From assembly GCA_002476605.1 (NCBI GenBank), contig DLLD01000015.1, positions 9,694 to 73,693 on the forward strand: a stretch of 64,000 nt of DNA, read 5' to 3'. Below are positions 63,453 through 64,000 of this stretch, piece after piece; positions within the stretch are counted from its first letter, which is position 1; the number at the start of each line of letters is the position of its first letter. This DNA is from Christensenella sp. UBA7571. GTDB lineage: Bacteria > Bacillota > Clostridia > Christensenellales > CAG-917. The notes below the pieces were generated by a model. The model saw only the letters and a program-made list of their open reading frames with translations, was not told where the DNA came from and ran no database searches. Both the position numbers and the translations under genes were made by a program.

Positions 63453-64000
63453 CGTGCAAAACTTCACTGTAAAACACGGATTGCGAAAAAATCTACCAAT
63501 AGGCACGCTATACAACAATCAAGTGGCAGCAATTATTCTTATGGTTGGAATAGCGTTCAAATTATCCGCCGCCCCGGGTATGATATCCTCCTATTACGGC
63601 TCGTCTACGCTTTGGGTGTTTATAACCTTTTCCGTCTTGGAACTTATTTGTGCCGTAACGATATTTGCGTTTTCGTGTATGAGCGGAGACGGCTTTTTGA
63701 TTGCCACGAATTCGCTTTGGTACAAGGCAACGTGCGCGGTTGCATTCGTGCTGTTGAGCATAAAATGCACGTTCTATTTTTGCTACTGCGCATCGTACCT
63801 CACCCACGAATTGTTTACGGGCGCGCAACCCGTCTTCATATACGTGCTTCTCATAGTGCCGATAATTTACCTCGGCGCAAAAGGCACTCGCTCTGTCGCG
63901 CGCTCTTGCGAATTGTTTGCACCGCTGTTTTTGGCGGTGATAATCCTCAATCTTGCCTTCCTCGATACGGAATTCGATATAGGTCGCAATCTTCCCGTAT
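63453..64000 (+). CDS. spore germination protein, GerAB-type permease (B subunit), truncated by the window end
   Basis: A GTG at 63453 follows an AAGGA RBS. The frame is open to the window end and the sequence is polytopic and hydrophobic. Its position directly after the A subunit fits. It is absent from the ORF track because no stop is reached. Confidence 0.7.

Overview
This is a 64-kb chromosomal segment of roughly 50% GC (estimated by eye). It most likely comes from an endospore-forming Firmicute or Clostridia-type bacterium, because it carries a gerA-type germination operon, cwlD, yaaT/ricT, veg and a DUF3794/LysM-like gene. I can support about 50 protein genes. Housekeeping content includes four aminoacyl-tRNA synthetases (glnS, gltX, serS, leuS), truA, the ecfA1-ecfA2-ecfT module, pyruvate:ferredoxin oxidoreductase (nifJ), tmk-holB-ricT, ung, gdhA and an IMPDH-family gene. 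Accessory-looking content includes a BspA-like LRR lipoprotein, an 852-aa GLUG/Listeria-Bacteroides-repeat protein next to an ECF sigma/anti-sigma pair, and orphan lipoproteins of 1060 and 518 aa. It also includes two translationally coupled giant membrane proteins (882 and 625 aa), a TetR/CAT-like/TIGR04076/flavodoxin cluster, and a small low-GC islet with a SLOG-like gene and an XRE regulator. I saw no rRNA, tRNA, CRISPR array, transposase, integrase or recognisable defence gene. The most unusual content is non-coding. Most of the long intergenic regions hold members of at least four interspersed, hairpin-rich repeat families. Family A is a GTGATAT-heptamer/palindrome array. Family B is an ornate extended hairpin with a conserved CAACYC...GGGUUG core, placed like a 3'UTR or terminator element. 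Family C is a 280-515 nt element. The fourth is a short GC hairpin called H0, often joined to an AT-rich palindromic tract. Copies differ in stem sequence but stay complementary, and reading frames through them are not conserved, which argues for selection on RNA or ssDNA structure. I could not match these families to any known RNA family from memory, so they need Rfam/Infernal and transcriptome checks. Many long ORFs in the supplied track are codon-aligned antisense shadows of real genes and were rejected.
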